Both the position numbers and the translations under genes were made by a program. Of a DNA stretch of 64,000 bases, positions 33,126-42,534 are shown piece by piece (position 1 is the stretch's first letter; every line of letters begins with the position of its first letter). The stretch lies in the IMG/VR virus record IMGVR_UViG_3300024272_002379, one strand, 5' to 3'. The notes under the pieces are model-generated. The model was not told the origin of the DNA. It ran no database searches and was given only the letters and a program-made list of their open reading frames with translations. This DNA comes from a virus (taxonomy: Duplodnaviria; Caudoviricetes).

Positions 33126-33939
33126 TATTTTCACCTCCAGAATCCATAACTGTATGGATTTCAGACTTACCTTCTTCATTAATAACTGCTTCTTCTATTA
33201 TAATTTCACCGTTATCATCAAATTCTACATCACTAATGTTGATAATTTTCTGAGTCTTTTCCAGTTCTTTTACTTGCTGGAATATCTTAATTGCAGTATC
33301 AGATGCTGATTCTTTACGCTTATCAGCAGCTTTATCTTTACGTGTAGCGTTAAGCTGATTAAGAATTTTAATCTTTCTATCTTGTAAAGTCATTAAGAAT
33401 TCTGTTTCAGGAGCTACTATTTTACCAAAATAAGGCTGACATTTCTTATCTATATCAAGTAATGTATCAGCCATGAAATCTCCATTTAACGCTATTTTAT
33501 TTTCCGCTCTCAGTATCTGTACCTCAATATTTACCAAATCTTTAATTAAAGTAGCATCAACGAGGTCTTTTGAGTCAATCATATCATTGGATGTATCTAT
33601 TTCAAAATGCATACACCACTGCTCATATCTTGATAAAATAGCAGCGATTTCCATTGGGCATCTTTGACCTAATTTACGCTGAGCAGGACTAACCATACAT
33701 ACATCTTTATATGCACAGTCAACATCTCTACATATAATAGGAACAGATGCAAACATTCCATGTTTAGAGGAATAAACCCTGTTCATGTTTCCAATTTCTC
33801 TAATAACAGCAGGGTCTATTCCCCACATGGCTGTGGTTATTTCAGTACCAGATTTATTGGCAAGGTCTGGTAATGTATTATTATTGTTATATTCTACAGG
33901 CTGATTTACATTCATGCCTTGCGTTAAAGTATCACTCAT
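33097..33939 (-). CDS. hypothetical protein with Cys cluster, candidate terminase small subunit
   Basis: C-x3-C-x4-C...C motif, helical middle, acidic tail; upstream of terL (function inferred from position only). Confidence 0.4.
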   Translation of the reverse strand: MSDTLTQGMNVNQPVEYNNNNTLPDLANKSGTEITTAMWGIDPAVIREIGNMNRVYSSKHGMFASVPIICRDVDCAYKDVCMVSPAQRKLGQRCPMEIAAILSRYEQWCMHFEIDTSNDMIDSKDLVDATLIKDLVNIEVQILRAENKIALNGDFMADTLLDIDKKCQPYFGKIVAPETEFLMTLQDRKIKILNQLNATRKDKAADKRKESASDTAIKIFQQVKELEKTQKIINISDVEFDDNGEIIIEEAVINEEGKSEIHTVMDSGGENNGNDNETSC

Positions 33940-33949
33940 AAATATTCTC

Positions 33950-34519
33950 CTATAAAAATGGCACTCCTGCTATATCTTTTCTACCATAACTATCAGCAGT
34001 TAAAGTTCCTCCAGTTAAATATCTTCCACCAATTGTTGCTCCAGCATACGCTCCTACTGCTGTTGCAATACGGGTATTTCTAATGTGTTTATCTGGATTC
34101 ATAAAGTAAGCCGCTGGATACTTCAAGGCTTTGTCTGGTATAGACATAGAACTAGCGTCTACTCCTTTAGATATTTCTTTCTGAGTAACAGTTTTAGCTC
34201 TTTCGATAACTTTGTCTACTGGTTTGTCTGTGTATTTGGCAATGTCTTCACTTAATGAATTTATTGCCGTATCATAATTTTTAGCAGTAACAGTTTTAGC
34301 CATTCTAACAGCTTCTGCTTCTGGTATGTTTATACCCTGAAACATAGAAGCTAAGCTTTTTTGTATGTTTTCATTATGTAAAGACCCAGCAAGTTTTGCA
34401 TTACTGGATATAGTCTGGTTTAATTCATTAGCAGTAGGAACAACAGCTTTACCCCATTTGCTATTTGCAACAGATGAAGCTATATCTTGAATGGTGTCAC
34501 CTATAGCTTTTTTATTCAT
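33950..34519 (-). CDS. hypothetical protein
   Basis: 189 aa, C-terminal Gly/Ala hydrophobic segment. Confidence 0.6.
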   Translation of the reverse strand: MNKKAIGDTIQDIASSVANSKWGKAVVPTANELNQTISSNAKLAGSLHNENIQKSLASMFQGINIPEAEAVRMAKTVTAKNYDTAINSLSEDIAKYTDKPVDKVIERAKTVTQKEISKGVDASSMSIPDKALKYPAAYFMNPDKHIRNTRIATAVGAYAGATIGGRYLTGGTLTADSYGRKDIAGVPFL

Positions 34520-34531
34520 AACATCACGTCC

Positions 34532-34834
34532 TTATCTTAAACCTTTAGCTATTGCTAACGCTACACCAGCAGCACTTCCGCCTACCGCACCAAGACCAGC
34601 TCCATTAAGACTTCCACTAGCCCCGCTTCCGATTCCTTCATCTATATTCATTGCTAATCCAGCGGCTGCTCCTACTGTAGCTCCACCGATTATACCTGTT
34701 CCAACTTTTTGAGCAGTATCTAATGTAATATTTCCACCTAATTTTCCTACTCCCTTATAAACGCCATAACTTGCTGCTCCTGATGCATCAGTTAAAAAAT
34801 TTCCAACTACTCCAGGTAATTTACCGATTTTCAT
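34532..34834 (-). CDS. Gly-zipper small protein
   Basis: 100 aa; GGATVGAAAG and GAGLGAVGG motifs. Confidence 0.6.
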   Translation of the reverse strand: MKIGKLPGVVGNFLTDASGAASYGVYKGVGKLGGNITLDTAQKVGTGIIGGATVGAAAGLAMNIDEGIGSGASGSLNGAGLGAVGGSAAGVALAIAKGLR

Positions 34835-34854
34835 AGTACTACTCCTTTCTTATA

Positions 34855-35214
34855 CTATATTATATTGAAACCACCACGATTTTCGTATCCTTGCTCTGGT
34901 GATTTTCCATACTTAATTTTATTCTTCATTCTTTTATATACATTATTATTAGAAGCACGTTTATTGCCCCCAATAATAGTATTACCGTACACATCATATC
35001 CTGATGCAGCCATTTTTGCTTGCATATTAACATTACCCGAAGTAAGTGACGAATACGACTGTACGGTTCCATTATATTTAGTACGTTGATTATCTAATTC
35101 AACTCTTATTTGTCTTGAAAGCTCAGCTTTGATTTCGTTGTTATTCAAAGCAGCTAATATAAGTCTTACAACTTCTTGGCTGACTCCTTGATATGGATAC
35201 CACATAATAGTCAC
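34855..35214 (-). CDS. hypothetical protein
   Basis: 119 aa in operon. Confidence 0.55.
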   Translation of the reverse strand: MTIMWYPYQGVSQEVVRLILAALNNNEIKAELSRQIRVELDNQRTKYNGTVQSYSSLTSGNVNMQAKMAASGYDVYGNTIIGGNKRASNNNVYKRMKNKIKYGKSPEQGYENRGGFNII

Positions 35215-35216
35215 CT

Positions 35217-35774
35217 CTAATCATCATCACCAAATAGGAGAGCTCCACCAGCTATACCGACTCCGCCAGCAATACCTGCCGCTAGTAATGTATTGTCATC
35301 TGCCCATTCTTTTACGCCAGACCAAAATCCTGCTCCAGATTCAGCGGCCTCTTCAGCCACTTCCATAGGTGCTGGTAATAATCTATCGCTAAATTCGGCT
35401 GCACTAGTTCCGTTACGTCTTCTAGCTTCAGCATATTCTTTATTGCTGATACTTTCCCATTTTTGTTTTCGTTTTGAAACTCCTAATGGTTGTCTTTCGA
35501 AAATTTCAGTACCGTCTTGCACTCTTGAACGGTAAGCATAATTCGGAGGACCAGCTTTACTTACACTCTTAGTTGCGGCTTCTGCTGTCTCTCCAAGTAT
35601 CTTTTTCTGCATTGCATTAGCAGCTTTTGCTCCAGAAACAAGTCCCTTACCTGTACCTTTCACAACTCCACCTACTGCCCCAACAGCGGTAGCACCTGCA
35701 AAACCAACTACAGCACCAGGAGCTTGAACAATACCGCCAAGTACTTTTCCTACAAGATTAGCCATTTTATTCAC
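35217..35774 (-). CDS. Gly/Ala-rich hypothetical protein
   Basis: 185 aa, hydrophobic Gly-rich N- and C-termini. Confidence 0.6.
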   Translation of the reverse strand: MNKMANLVGKVLGGIVQAPGAVVGFAGATAVGAVGGVVKGTGKGLVSGAKAANAMQKKILGETAEAATKSVSKAGPPNYAYRSRVQDGTEIFERQPLGVSKRKQKWESISNKEYAEARRRNGTSAAEFSDRLLPAPMEVAEEAAESGAGFWSGVKEWADDNTLLAAGIAGGVGIAGGALLFGDDD

Positions 35775-35776
35775 CT

Positions 35777-36073
35777 CTATTCGTTACAATATTGTTCTTG
35801 AATCTTTTGATTCATAATTGATTCACATTTTGGGCAACAAATTCCAGGTTTTTCTTTTCTACGGATAAAATATTCGCCACAACATTGAGGGCAAATTACT
35901 TTTTTATCCTTTCTCATGTCTTTATTATAAGTAGGAATATCATTTTCGTTACGAATTCTCTGTATACTTACTCTGTTATATTTAATTATATCAGCAATTT
36001 CAGAATCCTTCAATCCTTCTTCTTGTGATAATCTTCTAATTTCGTTTACTATAATAGGACTTGTTACGCTCAT
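35777..36073 (-). CDS. HTH plus zinc-ribbon protein, putative regulator
   Basis: GLKDSEIADIIKYNRVSIQRIR helix-turn-helix; CPQC...CPKC; SD before ATG at 36073. Confidence 0.65.
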   Translation of the reverse strand: MSVTSPIIVNEIRRLSQEEGLKDSEIADIIKYNRVSIQRIRNENDIPTYNKDMRKDKKVICPQCCGEYFIRRKEKPGICCPKCESIMNQKIQEQYCNE

Positions 36074-36075
36074 AT

Positions 36076-36234
36076 TTACCACCTTTCTTTGAATCTATAT
36101 CCAACTGCACCAATTATATTACCAATGTGGATACAAATCTGAAATTCATCTATATCTGTAAGATATGCTATTGAACATGTAATCCCAATCATGTCGGTCT
36201 TTTCAAACACCAAATAAAATCCTTTTTTCTTCAT
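36076..36234 (-). CDS. small protein, 52 aa (not in ORF track)
   Basis: MKKKGFYLVFEK...RFKERW; GGAGGT SD. Confidence 0.6.
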   Translation of the reverse strand: MKKKGFYLVFEKTDMIGITCSIAYLTDIDEFQICIHIGNIIGAVGYRFKERW

Positions 36235-36253
36235 TTTAATTACCTCCATATCT

Positions 36254-36288
36254 TATAATATACCTGATTTTTACTATAAAATGCAACA
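36254..36288 (-). promoter_or_regulatory. SigA-like promoter containing GTATATTATA motif
   Basis: minus strand TTGCAT ... GTATATTATA, then SD. Confidence 0.5.
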
Positions 36289-36351
36289 TTATCTTGCTAT
36301 TTTAGGGCGAAGCCCTCCGCTATATAACTCTTTTTTTGTAATATATGACAA

Positions 36352-36381
36352 CAAAAAAGCCCTAGATTTCTCTAGGGCTAG
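36352..36381 (-). terminator. intrinsic terminator
   Basis: AGCCCTAGA-GAAA-TCTAGGGCT followed by a T run on the minus strand. Confidence 0.7.
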
Positions 36382-36442
36382 TTTCTTGGGAAAATAACTA
36401 TATAATGTTTGGAATATAGGGTTATATGTCCTTGTTCGGACA
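36352..36442 (-). ncRNA. candidate ~90-nt small RNA
   Basis: TTGTAC-17-TATTAT promoter (36476-36448) and terminator with no ORF between. Confidence 0.4.
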
Positions 36443-36521
36443 TATTTATAATAACATTAAAATTGCACTTGTACAAGAAAAAATTTTATATATATATTTT
36501 TCAAGTCAAAGGTTAAAAATT

Positions 36522-36560
36522 AAAGACCAGTTTGGATATCTAACCCCACTGGTCTTTTTT
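36522..36560. terminator. bidirectional terminator-like hairpin
   Basis: AAAGACCAGT...ACTGGTCTTT flanked by A and T runs. Confidence 0.55.
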
Positions 36561-36634
36561 GAAAAAGGAATTGTGTAGTTAGATTAACACCTCTTGTAGT
36601 ATACCCTGCCTTGCGAAGCAAGGCAACTGGTAAA

Positions 36635-36799
36635 TTATGTATGGTTAAATAAGTACTGTTTTATATCTTCAAATTCAAATCTGTTCACATCTTTTAAAAC
36701 ATCGTTTACTTGAGTATAAGCTGTAAGTAAATCAATCTGATTATCTTTCATGTATCGAAATATCATTTCTGATACCTCTTTAATACTGAGTTTTCTCAT
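36635..36799 (-). CDS. small protein, 54 aa (not in ORF track)
   Basis: MRKLSIKEVSEMIF...YLFNHT; AGGAGGT SD; upstream TTGCAA...GTATATCATA. Confidence 0.6.
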   Translation of the reverse strand: MRKLSIKEVSEMIFRYMKDNQIDLLTAYTQVNDVLKDVNRFEFEDIKQYLFNHT

Positions 36800-36986
36800 A
36801 TTAAATTACCTCCTGTTCTATGATATACCACTTTTTGTTTCAAATTGCAAATTTGATACTGTTTTTGACAGGGGGTGTAGCTCCCGCAGGGAGCTAGAAA
36901 CCTAGTAAAATCAAGGGTTTTCAGGCTTTTATTAACAATTTTTGAAACCTAATGTAACGCACTTATAGTCTGTACTGTGCTATGTT

Positions 36987-37000
36987 CGAACGTGTGTTCG
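36987..37000. promoter_or_regulatory. LexA (DinR/Cheo) SOS box
   Basis: CGAAC-GTGT-GTTCG fits the Firmicutes consensus CGAACRNRYGTTCG; intergenic, upstream of rightward operon. Confidence 0.65.
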
Positions 37001-37145
37001 AGCAGTATAGGGTATTTTTATATATATATTTTTGGGGGTGACCTGCTTTTAAATCTTTGTGATGTTCTTTAGTTCGATACCACACCCCTATGTGAGAAGA
37101 TTGAACAACAAGGAACAAATAAAATTATATTAGGAGGTCATCATT

Positions 37146-37355
37146 ATGACAAAATTAGTAAAAACAGTAGTAAAGGCAGTAGTAGCAACAGGAGCATTTG
37201 TATTATCTTACAAAACAGGTGAATGCATTGGACGTGCAGTACAAGAAAGTGACAGTATTGATGTAGCAGACAAAGAGATAGTAACAACTGTAAGCTGTTT
37301 CGCATCAGGATATGCTATAGGTGCTATTGCTAAACGTATCATTAAACACATATAA
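37146..37355 (+). CDS. small hydrophobic early protein
   Basis: 69 aa, AGGAGGT SD. Confidence 0.65.
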   Translation: MTKLVKTVVKAVVATGAFVLSYKTGECIGRAVQESDSIDVADKEIVTTVSCFASGYAIGAIAKRIIKHI

Positions 37356-37372
37356 GAAAGGAGGAAGATAAT

Positions 37373-37465
37373 ATGAGTAAGTATAGTCTATATGTGGCAG
37401 ACACATATGTAGTAATCACATGGTTTATGAATGGTAAACTGTGCCAGTACAGAATAAACGCATAA
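37373..37465 (+). CDS. small protein, 30 aa (not in ORF track)
   Basis: AAAGGAGG SD; MSKYSLYVADTYVVITWFMNGKLCQYRINA. Confidence 0.5.
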   Translation: MSKYSLYVADTYVVITWFMNGKLCQYRINA

Positions 37466-37483
37466 AAAGAAAGGTTAAATAAG

Positions 37484-37753
37484 GTGAATATTATGACAAG
37501 ATTATTAGCAAAGGTAGTATTAGGTAAAAGAAAAGCAGGAGAAATTGGATATTACAAGAGATTAGCCATGGTAGAACGCAATATTAAGAGTGCTATATAC
37601 ACAGTAGTTGCATCTATACTCATGCTCGCACTCATGTTAGGTACATTACTAGCATGGGCTGCTGGTCCAGTAGATGGTTATGTATACAAAGATGGACATG
37701 CAGATGGCACAGGTATTTACTACTATATGAAAGAAGGTGATATTAATGAATAA
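37484..37753 (+). CDS. small membrane protein
   Basis: one long hydrophobic helix. Confidence 0.6.
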   Translation: MNIMTRLLAKVVLGKRKAGEIGYYKRLAMVERNIKSAIYTVVASILMLALMLGTLLAWAAGPVDGYVYKDGHADGTGIYYYMKEGDINE

Positions 37754-38165
37754 TAGTACTTACATTAATGGTTATAGGGTATCCCTTACTACACATGCAA
37801 AAGAACGTATTATAGAAAGATTTAAAGCTTTATCTATTGCATTCCCTACAGATGAGGAATACATAGACCTTGCTATAAGTGGTATAGAGCAGATAATAAA
37901 TAACCCATTCATGGATAAGTACCTCTATAACCTTATTAGTAATAGTAAGCATAATGATGAGAATGTTCTCGTATATGACGAGGTTAATAAAGTGGTATAT
38001 GCACTAGTAGTAAAACCATATCAGAATGGTCGTATTGTAGTAAAGACTATGGGTACAGAACACGATATTGAATGGTTATACGCTGACAGATTTCAAAGAT
38101 TATGCTGGATATACAAAGATGTATTCAAATTCAGCACTTTAAATGGAAATGTTACATGGTTTTAA
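37746..38165 (+). CDS. hypothetical protein, possible RelE/BECR-like fold
   Basis: LTTHAKERIIERF N-terminal motif and ...IVVKTM; start revised by SD. Confidence 0.5.
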   Translation: MNNSTYINGYRVSLTTHAKERIIERFKALSIAFPTDEEYIDLAISGIEQIINNPFMDKYLYNLISNSKHNDENVLVYDEVNKVVYALVVKPYQNGRIVVKTMGTEHDIEWLYADRFQRLCWIYKDVFKFSTLNGNVTWF

Positions 38166-38184
38166 GAAACAGGAGGAAAATACA

Positions 38185-38463
38185 ATGGTAAAAGAATTAG
38201 ATGGAAAATATATTGAAGTAATCGGTTGGGTAGAAGACGTATATGATATAGTAAAAATGTTTGAACAACGTGGAGCTATATTGGTTTACTTTGGAAAAAG
38301 AACTTGGTTAGGAACCATAAATCATGAAGGTATCGCTATAGGACGTGCAGGGTCACCATACAAACAATGTATGATTGCAATCCAGATAACAAAGGAACTT
38401 TATAAGGAAGTAGAAATGGATTTGGTAGACTTTGAATTTCCTGACCCATATTTTTTGGAATAA
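38185..38463 (+). CDS. hypothetical protein
   Basis: AGGAGG SD before ATG 38185. Confidence 0.6.
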   Translation: MVKELDGKYIEVIGWVEDVYDIVKMFEQRGAILVYFGKRTWLGTINHEGIAIGRAGSPYKQCMIAIQITKELYKEVEMDLVDFEFPDPYFLE

Positions 38464-38541
38464 CAATATTGCTATAGTTAGAAGGCATCTCTACGGAGGT
38501 GTCTTTTATAGTGTAGCAATACACTAATAAATAACAAGGAG

Positions 38542-38736
38542 GTGATTCCTATGGATGAGGAACGCACGCTACTAAGTATAGCTAACACATATGCTAGTAG
38601 TATGACACAAAAAGAATTGGATTTGTGGAAACAACTTCTAAAAGATAGCACTGATAGAAGAGCATACCGCATATTCAATAACGGTCACTGGTACGATACC
38701 AGGAAAGAATACTTTATCAATTACAAAGAAAGGTAA
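38542..38736 (+). CDS. hypothetical protein
   Basis: AAGGAGGT SD; likely start ATG 38551. Confidence 0.55.
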   Translation: MIPMDEERTLLSIANTYASSMTQKELDLWKQLLKDSTDRRAYRIFNNGHWYDTRKEYFINYKER

Positions 38737-38748
38737 AAAGGTGATTTT

Positions 38749-39822
38749 ATGAAGATTCAGTTTGGCAGAGGATTAAGAACAGTAAATGAAAAGGATTTAT
38801 TCGCTATTGATGTAATACCCACATGGGTAGATATTCCTTACGACATCGTTAAGAAATATGAGGATTTTATCACAGAACTTTGTGAACAAAGTGGGACTAT
38901 AGGCAGATTCAATGAAGCTGTTTATAAAGATATAGTGGCATATGCTACAGAACTTATTAACCCAGTAAAAGAAGAAATGGAGGACACAGATATGGGTACA
39001 ACAACAATTAATGAAACAACTAACAACACAAATGAAATGGAGGAAACAACAATGACAGGAACAGTAAAAGGAAACGTAGAATTAGCAGTGGAAGAAATGA
39101 TGAGTAAGTTTGTAGAAGCTAAAGAAAACATTAAGGTTAATGTTGGTGAAACAGCAGAGGAATACATTGAAAGAGTAGATGACTCAGTTGATGTAATGAA
39201 AGGTGCTCTTGGTAATGTACTTGATGTTCTTGACAAAACATTAGGCTATACAATCTTAAAAGACAGTATCCTTGAAATTATGGAAGCTGGCACTACAGGT
39301 AAATCTTCTAAGAAAGACTTATTTAAAATGGCTAAGAGATGTCGTGAGTTATTAGAAGAAGAAATTGATAACCTTGAATTCTGGGGAGACCAGGAATCAT
39401 TAGCAAAGGCTGTTCAATTAAAAGCTCTTACTGAAGCTGACAGAGATAAATCTGTATTTGAAGCATTCGTATCAGGATGTATTCATATTGCAAAGAGAGT
39501 AGCACGTAAGTTACGTAAATGGTTCCAGGTAGATAACGAGAAATCTGTTGTTGGTGCTATTTGCAGAAGTATTTCTGGATTTACAAAAGCCATTCGTGCT
39601 GGTGTTAAAATCGTATGGAATACAGCTAAGTTTGCAGTATCATTCATCATTGCTGGTGCTGTAAAGGTTGGTGACTTTATCGTAAGAACATTTAAATCTT
39701 TATTCATTAAGATGAAAGAATGGGCTACTGTTCAGTATCAGAAACTTTCTAAAGAAGATGCTGAAGATGATTTTGCAGAAGAAGACTTCATTATTGATGA
39801 AGAAGTTGTCATTGCAGATTAA
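38749..39822 (+). CDS. hypothetical helical protein with two internal in-frame SD-ATG starts
   Basis: 357 aa; amphipathic C-terminal helices, acidic tail. Confidence 0.7.
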   Translation: MKIQFGRGLRTVNEKDLFAIDVIPTWVDIPYDIVKKYEDFITELCEQSGTIGRFNEAVYKDIVAYATELINPVKEEMEDTDMGTTTINETTNNTNEMEETTMTGTVKGNVELAVEEMMSKFVEAKENIKVNVGETAEEYIERVDDSVDVMKGALGNVLDVLDKTLGYTILKDSILEIMEAGTTGKSSKKDLFKMAKRCRELLEEEIDNLEFWGDQESLAKAVQLKALTEADRDKSVFEAFVSGCIHIAKRVARKLRKWFQVDNEKSVVGAICRSISGFTKAIRAGVKIVWNTAKFAVSFIIAGAVKVGDFIVRTFKSLFIKMKEWATVQYQKLSKEDAEDDFAEEDFIIDEEVVIAD

Positions 39823-40024
39823 TCATTAATATTACTGGTCCAATGAGTATATATGACCTTAAACTATTTTACTCACTGACATACATATACTAAAAATTAC
39901 CCCTAGTTGAACTTGAAATTACTCGCTGTGTATTTCTTGAAGAGCTAGGGGTAAGTATTTTACCCTTAACTACAATGAGAACTCAGTTTTACGTGCATGA
40001 TGAGCACAGAAAGGATGGTCTATT

Positions 40025-41257
40025 ATGACAACAAATGAAAGAATTCAGGAACTTATCAACTTAGTAAATCGTTATGACTGCTACATTGAGTATATTGATG
40101 ATTATCGTCAATACAAACAGGCAGAACGTGCTAATGGAAATATTGAGGCACGTTTTATCGAAGTATGTTCAGAACTTGGCATGGAAGTAACTTCATCTGA
40201 TTTTCACAATGTTTTATGGAAATCACGCTATGACACCATAGAAGAGGCTGTTAATAAACTTTTACAAGACAAAGGCTTTAATAAGGAGGAAACCAATATG
40301 ACAACAAACACAACACCAGCAAACAACACAAATAAGGAGGAAACAAAGATGATTACTAATACTGCAAGCAAGGCATTGGATATGGTTGAGCACATGAAGA
40401 AAGGTGAAACTACTTACAAGAAATCAAACTTAGCATTAGTGTTACTCAATATCAATACTGTTACAGAAAGATTAATGTATGTATGGGATAATGTCCAGCA
40501 CGTAACTCGCACATCAGATGAACTTTATATTAGCAAGGAGGACTTAGCTCAGTTCTTATTTGATGCAGACATTATTCAGCGTCACTTATCCAAAACAGAA
40601 CTCAAGAAGATTAAAAGACAGAAATTAGTAGATACTCTGTCTACTGCTGTTAATAATCTTATCAAGGCTGGTGTTATTACCCCTATGAAAACTGTAACCT
40701 TTGAAGAAGCTGAAAAGATAGTAGCCGCAATGCCTCCTGTAAAAGAACACACCCATGTTGCATACGGAAAGACTACTTCTATGGATATACTCGAACAGGT
40801 TATTCGCAATGCTAATAAGAACAATGACCGCAACTTCATTAGTGATTGGATGCTCACAAGTATTATCTCTAAGATAGTTACTGGTAACCCATTAAAAGGA
40901 TATGAGGATGGTGAACTTGTAGAATACTACAAAGCATTTACCGAAGCTCAGAAAGATAACATCAATGAGATAAAAGCAGAGTTCTTAAGAAAGAGTAATT
41001 TTATTCCTGTTAAAGATAAACATGATGAGAATAAAAACTCAGGATATATTATTCCAGCAGCATCATTAGTATATGGTAGACATATTTGGTTGGGATATGC
41101 ATGTGTATATCGCTTGAAAAAGGATATGAATGCTAGATACGAAGTATCCCTTAACGGCATCAAGAATACACAGACTGGTGAAACAACATTATTTACACTT
41201 GAAAACAAAGCAACATTATTCGCTAAATTAGACAGCGAGTATGTATTTATTGGGTAA
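40025..41257 (+). CDS. hypothetical protein with two internal in-frame SD-ATG starts
   Basis: 410 aa; leader has TGATGAG hairpin and AAAGGATGGT SD. Confidence 0.7.
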   Translation: MTTNERIQELINLVNRYDCYIEYIDDYRQYKQAERANGNIEARFIEVCSELGMEVTSSDFHNVLWKSRYDTIEEAVNKLLQDKGFNKEETNMTTNTTPANNTNKEETKMITNTASKALDMVEHMKKGETTYKKSNLALVLLNINTVTERLMYVWDNVQHVTRTSDELYISKEDLAQFLFDADIIQRHLSKTELKKIKRQKLVDTLSTAVNNLIKAGVITPMKTVTFEEAEKIVAAMPPVKEHTHVAYGKTTSMDILEQVIRNANKNNDRNFISDWMLTSIISKIVTGNPLKGYEDGELVEYYKAFTEAQKDNINEIKAEFLRKSNFIPVKDKHDENKNSGYIIPAASLVYGRHIWLGYACVYRLKKDMNARYEVSLNGIKNTQTGETTLFTLENKATLFAKLDSEYVFIG

Positions 41258-41311
41258 TAACTAAAAGCGGCCCGTTAGGGCCGCAACTCTACAAGAAAGG
41301 ATGGTACTATT

Positions 41312-41740
41312 ATGAATACAATATTTGACAAGTTTCTTACAATCCAGCACTGTGATTACTATGCTAATCAGGTAGCTAAAAAGCTTAATCTAAAGACTTA
41401 CTCATATTACTGGGATAATTCTTCTCAAATGCAGTTTCCTGGTAATTCTAATATCTTAAACTGGGGTGTTCTTAAATCATATGAGCCGTGGCGTATTAAG
41501 TTTAACTTAACTAAACCAGCTACTATTATGAAGATGGGATTAGAAGAATATGTATCTAAGAACCATGAGTTAAGATTTAATTTAACTATAAAGGGACTAA
41601 GTATTATCTATGTTATACAGTTTTATAATCCTAGTGATGATGGTTCTATGAATGCTGTAATAGATGAGAATACTAAATGTCTCTATGTAGAAGATAAGAC
41701 CACAGGGCAGTATTCTTTTGCCTTCGGCCCTGAGGTATAG
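41312..41740 (+). CDS. hypothetical protein
   Basis: 142 aa; AAAGGATGGT SD. Confidence 0.65.
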   Translation: MNTIFDKFLTIQHCDYYANQVAKKLNLKTYSYYWDNSSQMQFPGNSNILNWGVLKSYEPWRIKFNLTKPATIMKMGLEEYVSKNHELRFNLTIKGLSIIYVIQFYNPSDDGSMNAVIDENTKCLYVEDKTTGQYSFAFGPEV

Positions 41741-42534
41741 AGGTGTGCTTGTAACCTTGATAGGTACTAAACTGAACTACGTTCAGTTTAGCAGATATTT
41801 TCTTAAAAGTCAAGAGGTAACTCAAATAAAATCAGAGCGTTATCTGCTGTGTAAAGATAGCGGTTTAACGGAGCCACAAGACTATATTCCGTGGCACACG
41901 GACATTTATACGGGGATTTTGATATATCAACCCCTAATTTGTCTGTCCGTGGCGAACAATCTTAGGATTAGTAGCCCTCACAATGGAGCAAATTCTTGCG
42001 TAATAAGGCCCTTCGGGATTGAGTTGGCGTTACAAAGTCCGTAGAGATGAGATGATAATAGAATATTATACAGTCTCTCGACGAGGGTAGCTGGTCATCT
42101 TATTCTATTTTTGAGTATTTTATAACAAAATGTAACATAGTACTACTCATCGTAGTGTTACATTCTATATGAGGAGATATTCTCTTATATAGGTTATATT
42201 CCCCTCTTGACTCTATATACATGTATCTTATTACCTCTATTATATGGCTATGGTATGCTATGTTATTTATTATATACTATAGCCATTTTATATATTCATT
42301 TATCTAAGGTTTTCTTATATTCATATCTTATCTTTATGCCATATATTCTTTTATGGTTCTTAGAGATTTTATTCTATATTATTTAGGTTTTTAAGTTAAA
42401 TTATCTCTCCCTTCGGACTTAAATAATATACATGGTTTATTTCAAATATGTCGGAGGGTTTGAGGAATTTCTTTTAATTAGTATGGATTATCACCATATC
42501 TAACAGGCTATCGCCTGGTTTAAAGATTGGAGGA

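Noticed and set aside
3752-35535. numerous plus-strand ORFs in the structural arm
   Set aside because: Antisense shadows of long minus-strand genes
36868-37090. GGGGTGT/ACACCCC inverted repeat and AAACCTAGTAAAATCAAGGGTTT as genome end or recombination site
   Set aside because: Short and imperfect, with no recombinase in the window; cannot be supported
41718-42044. 108-aa ORF in the hairpin region
   Set aside because: TTG start overlapping previous gene, no SD, atypical composition
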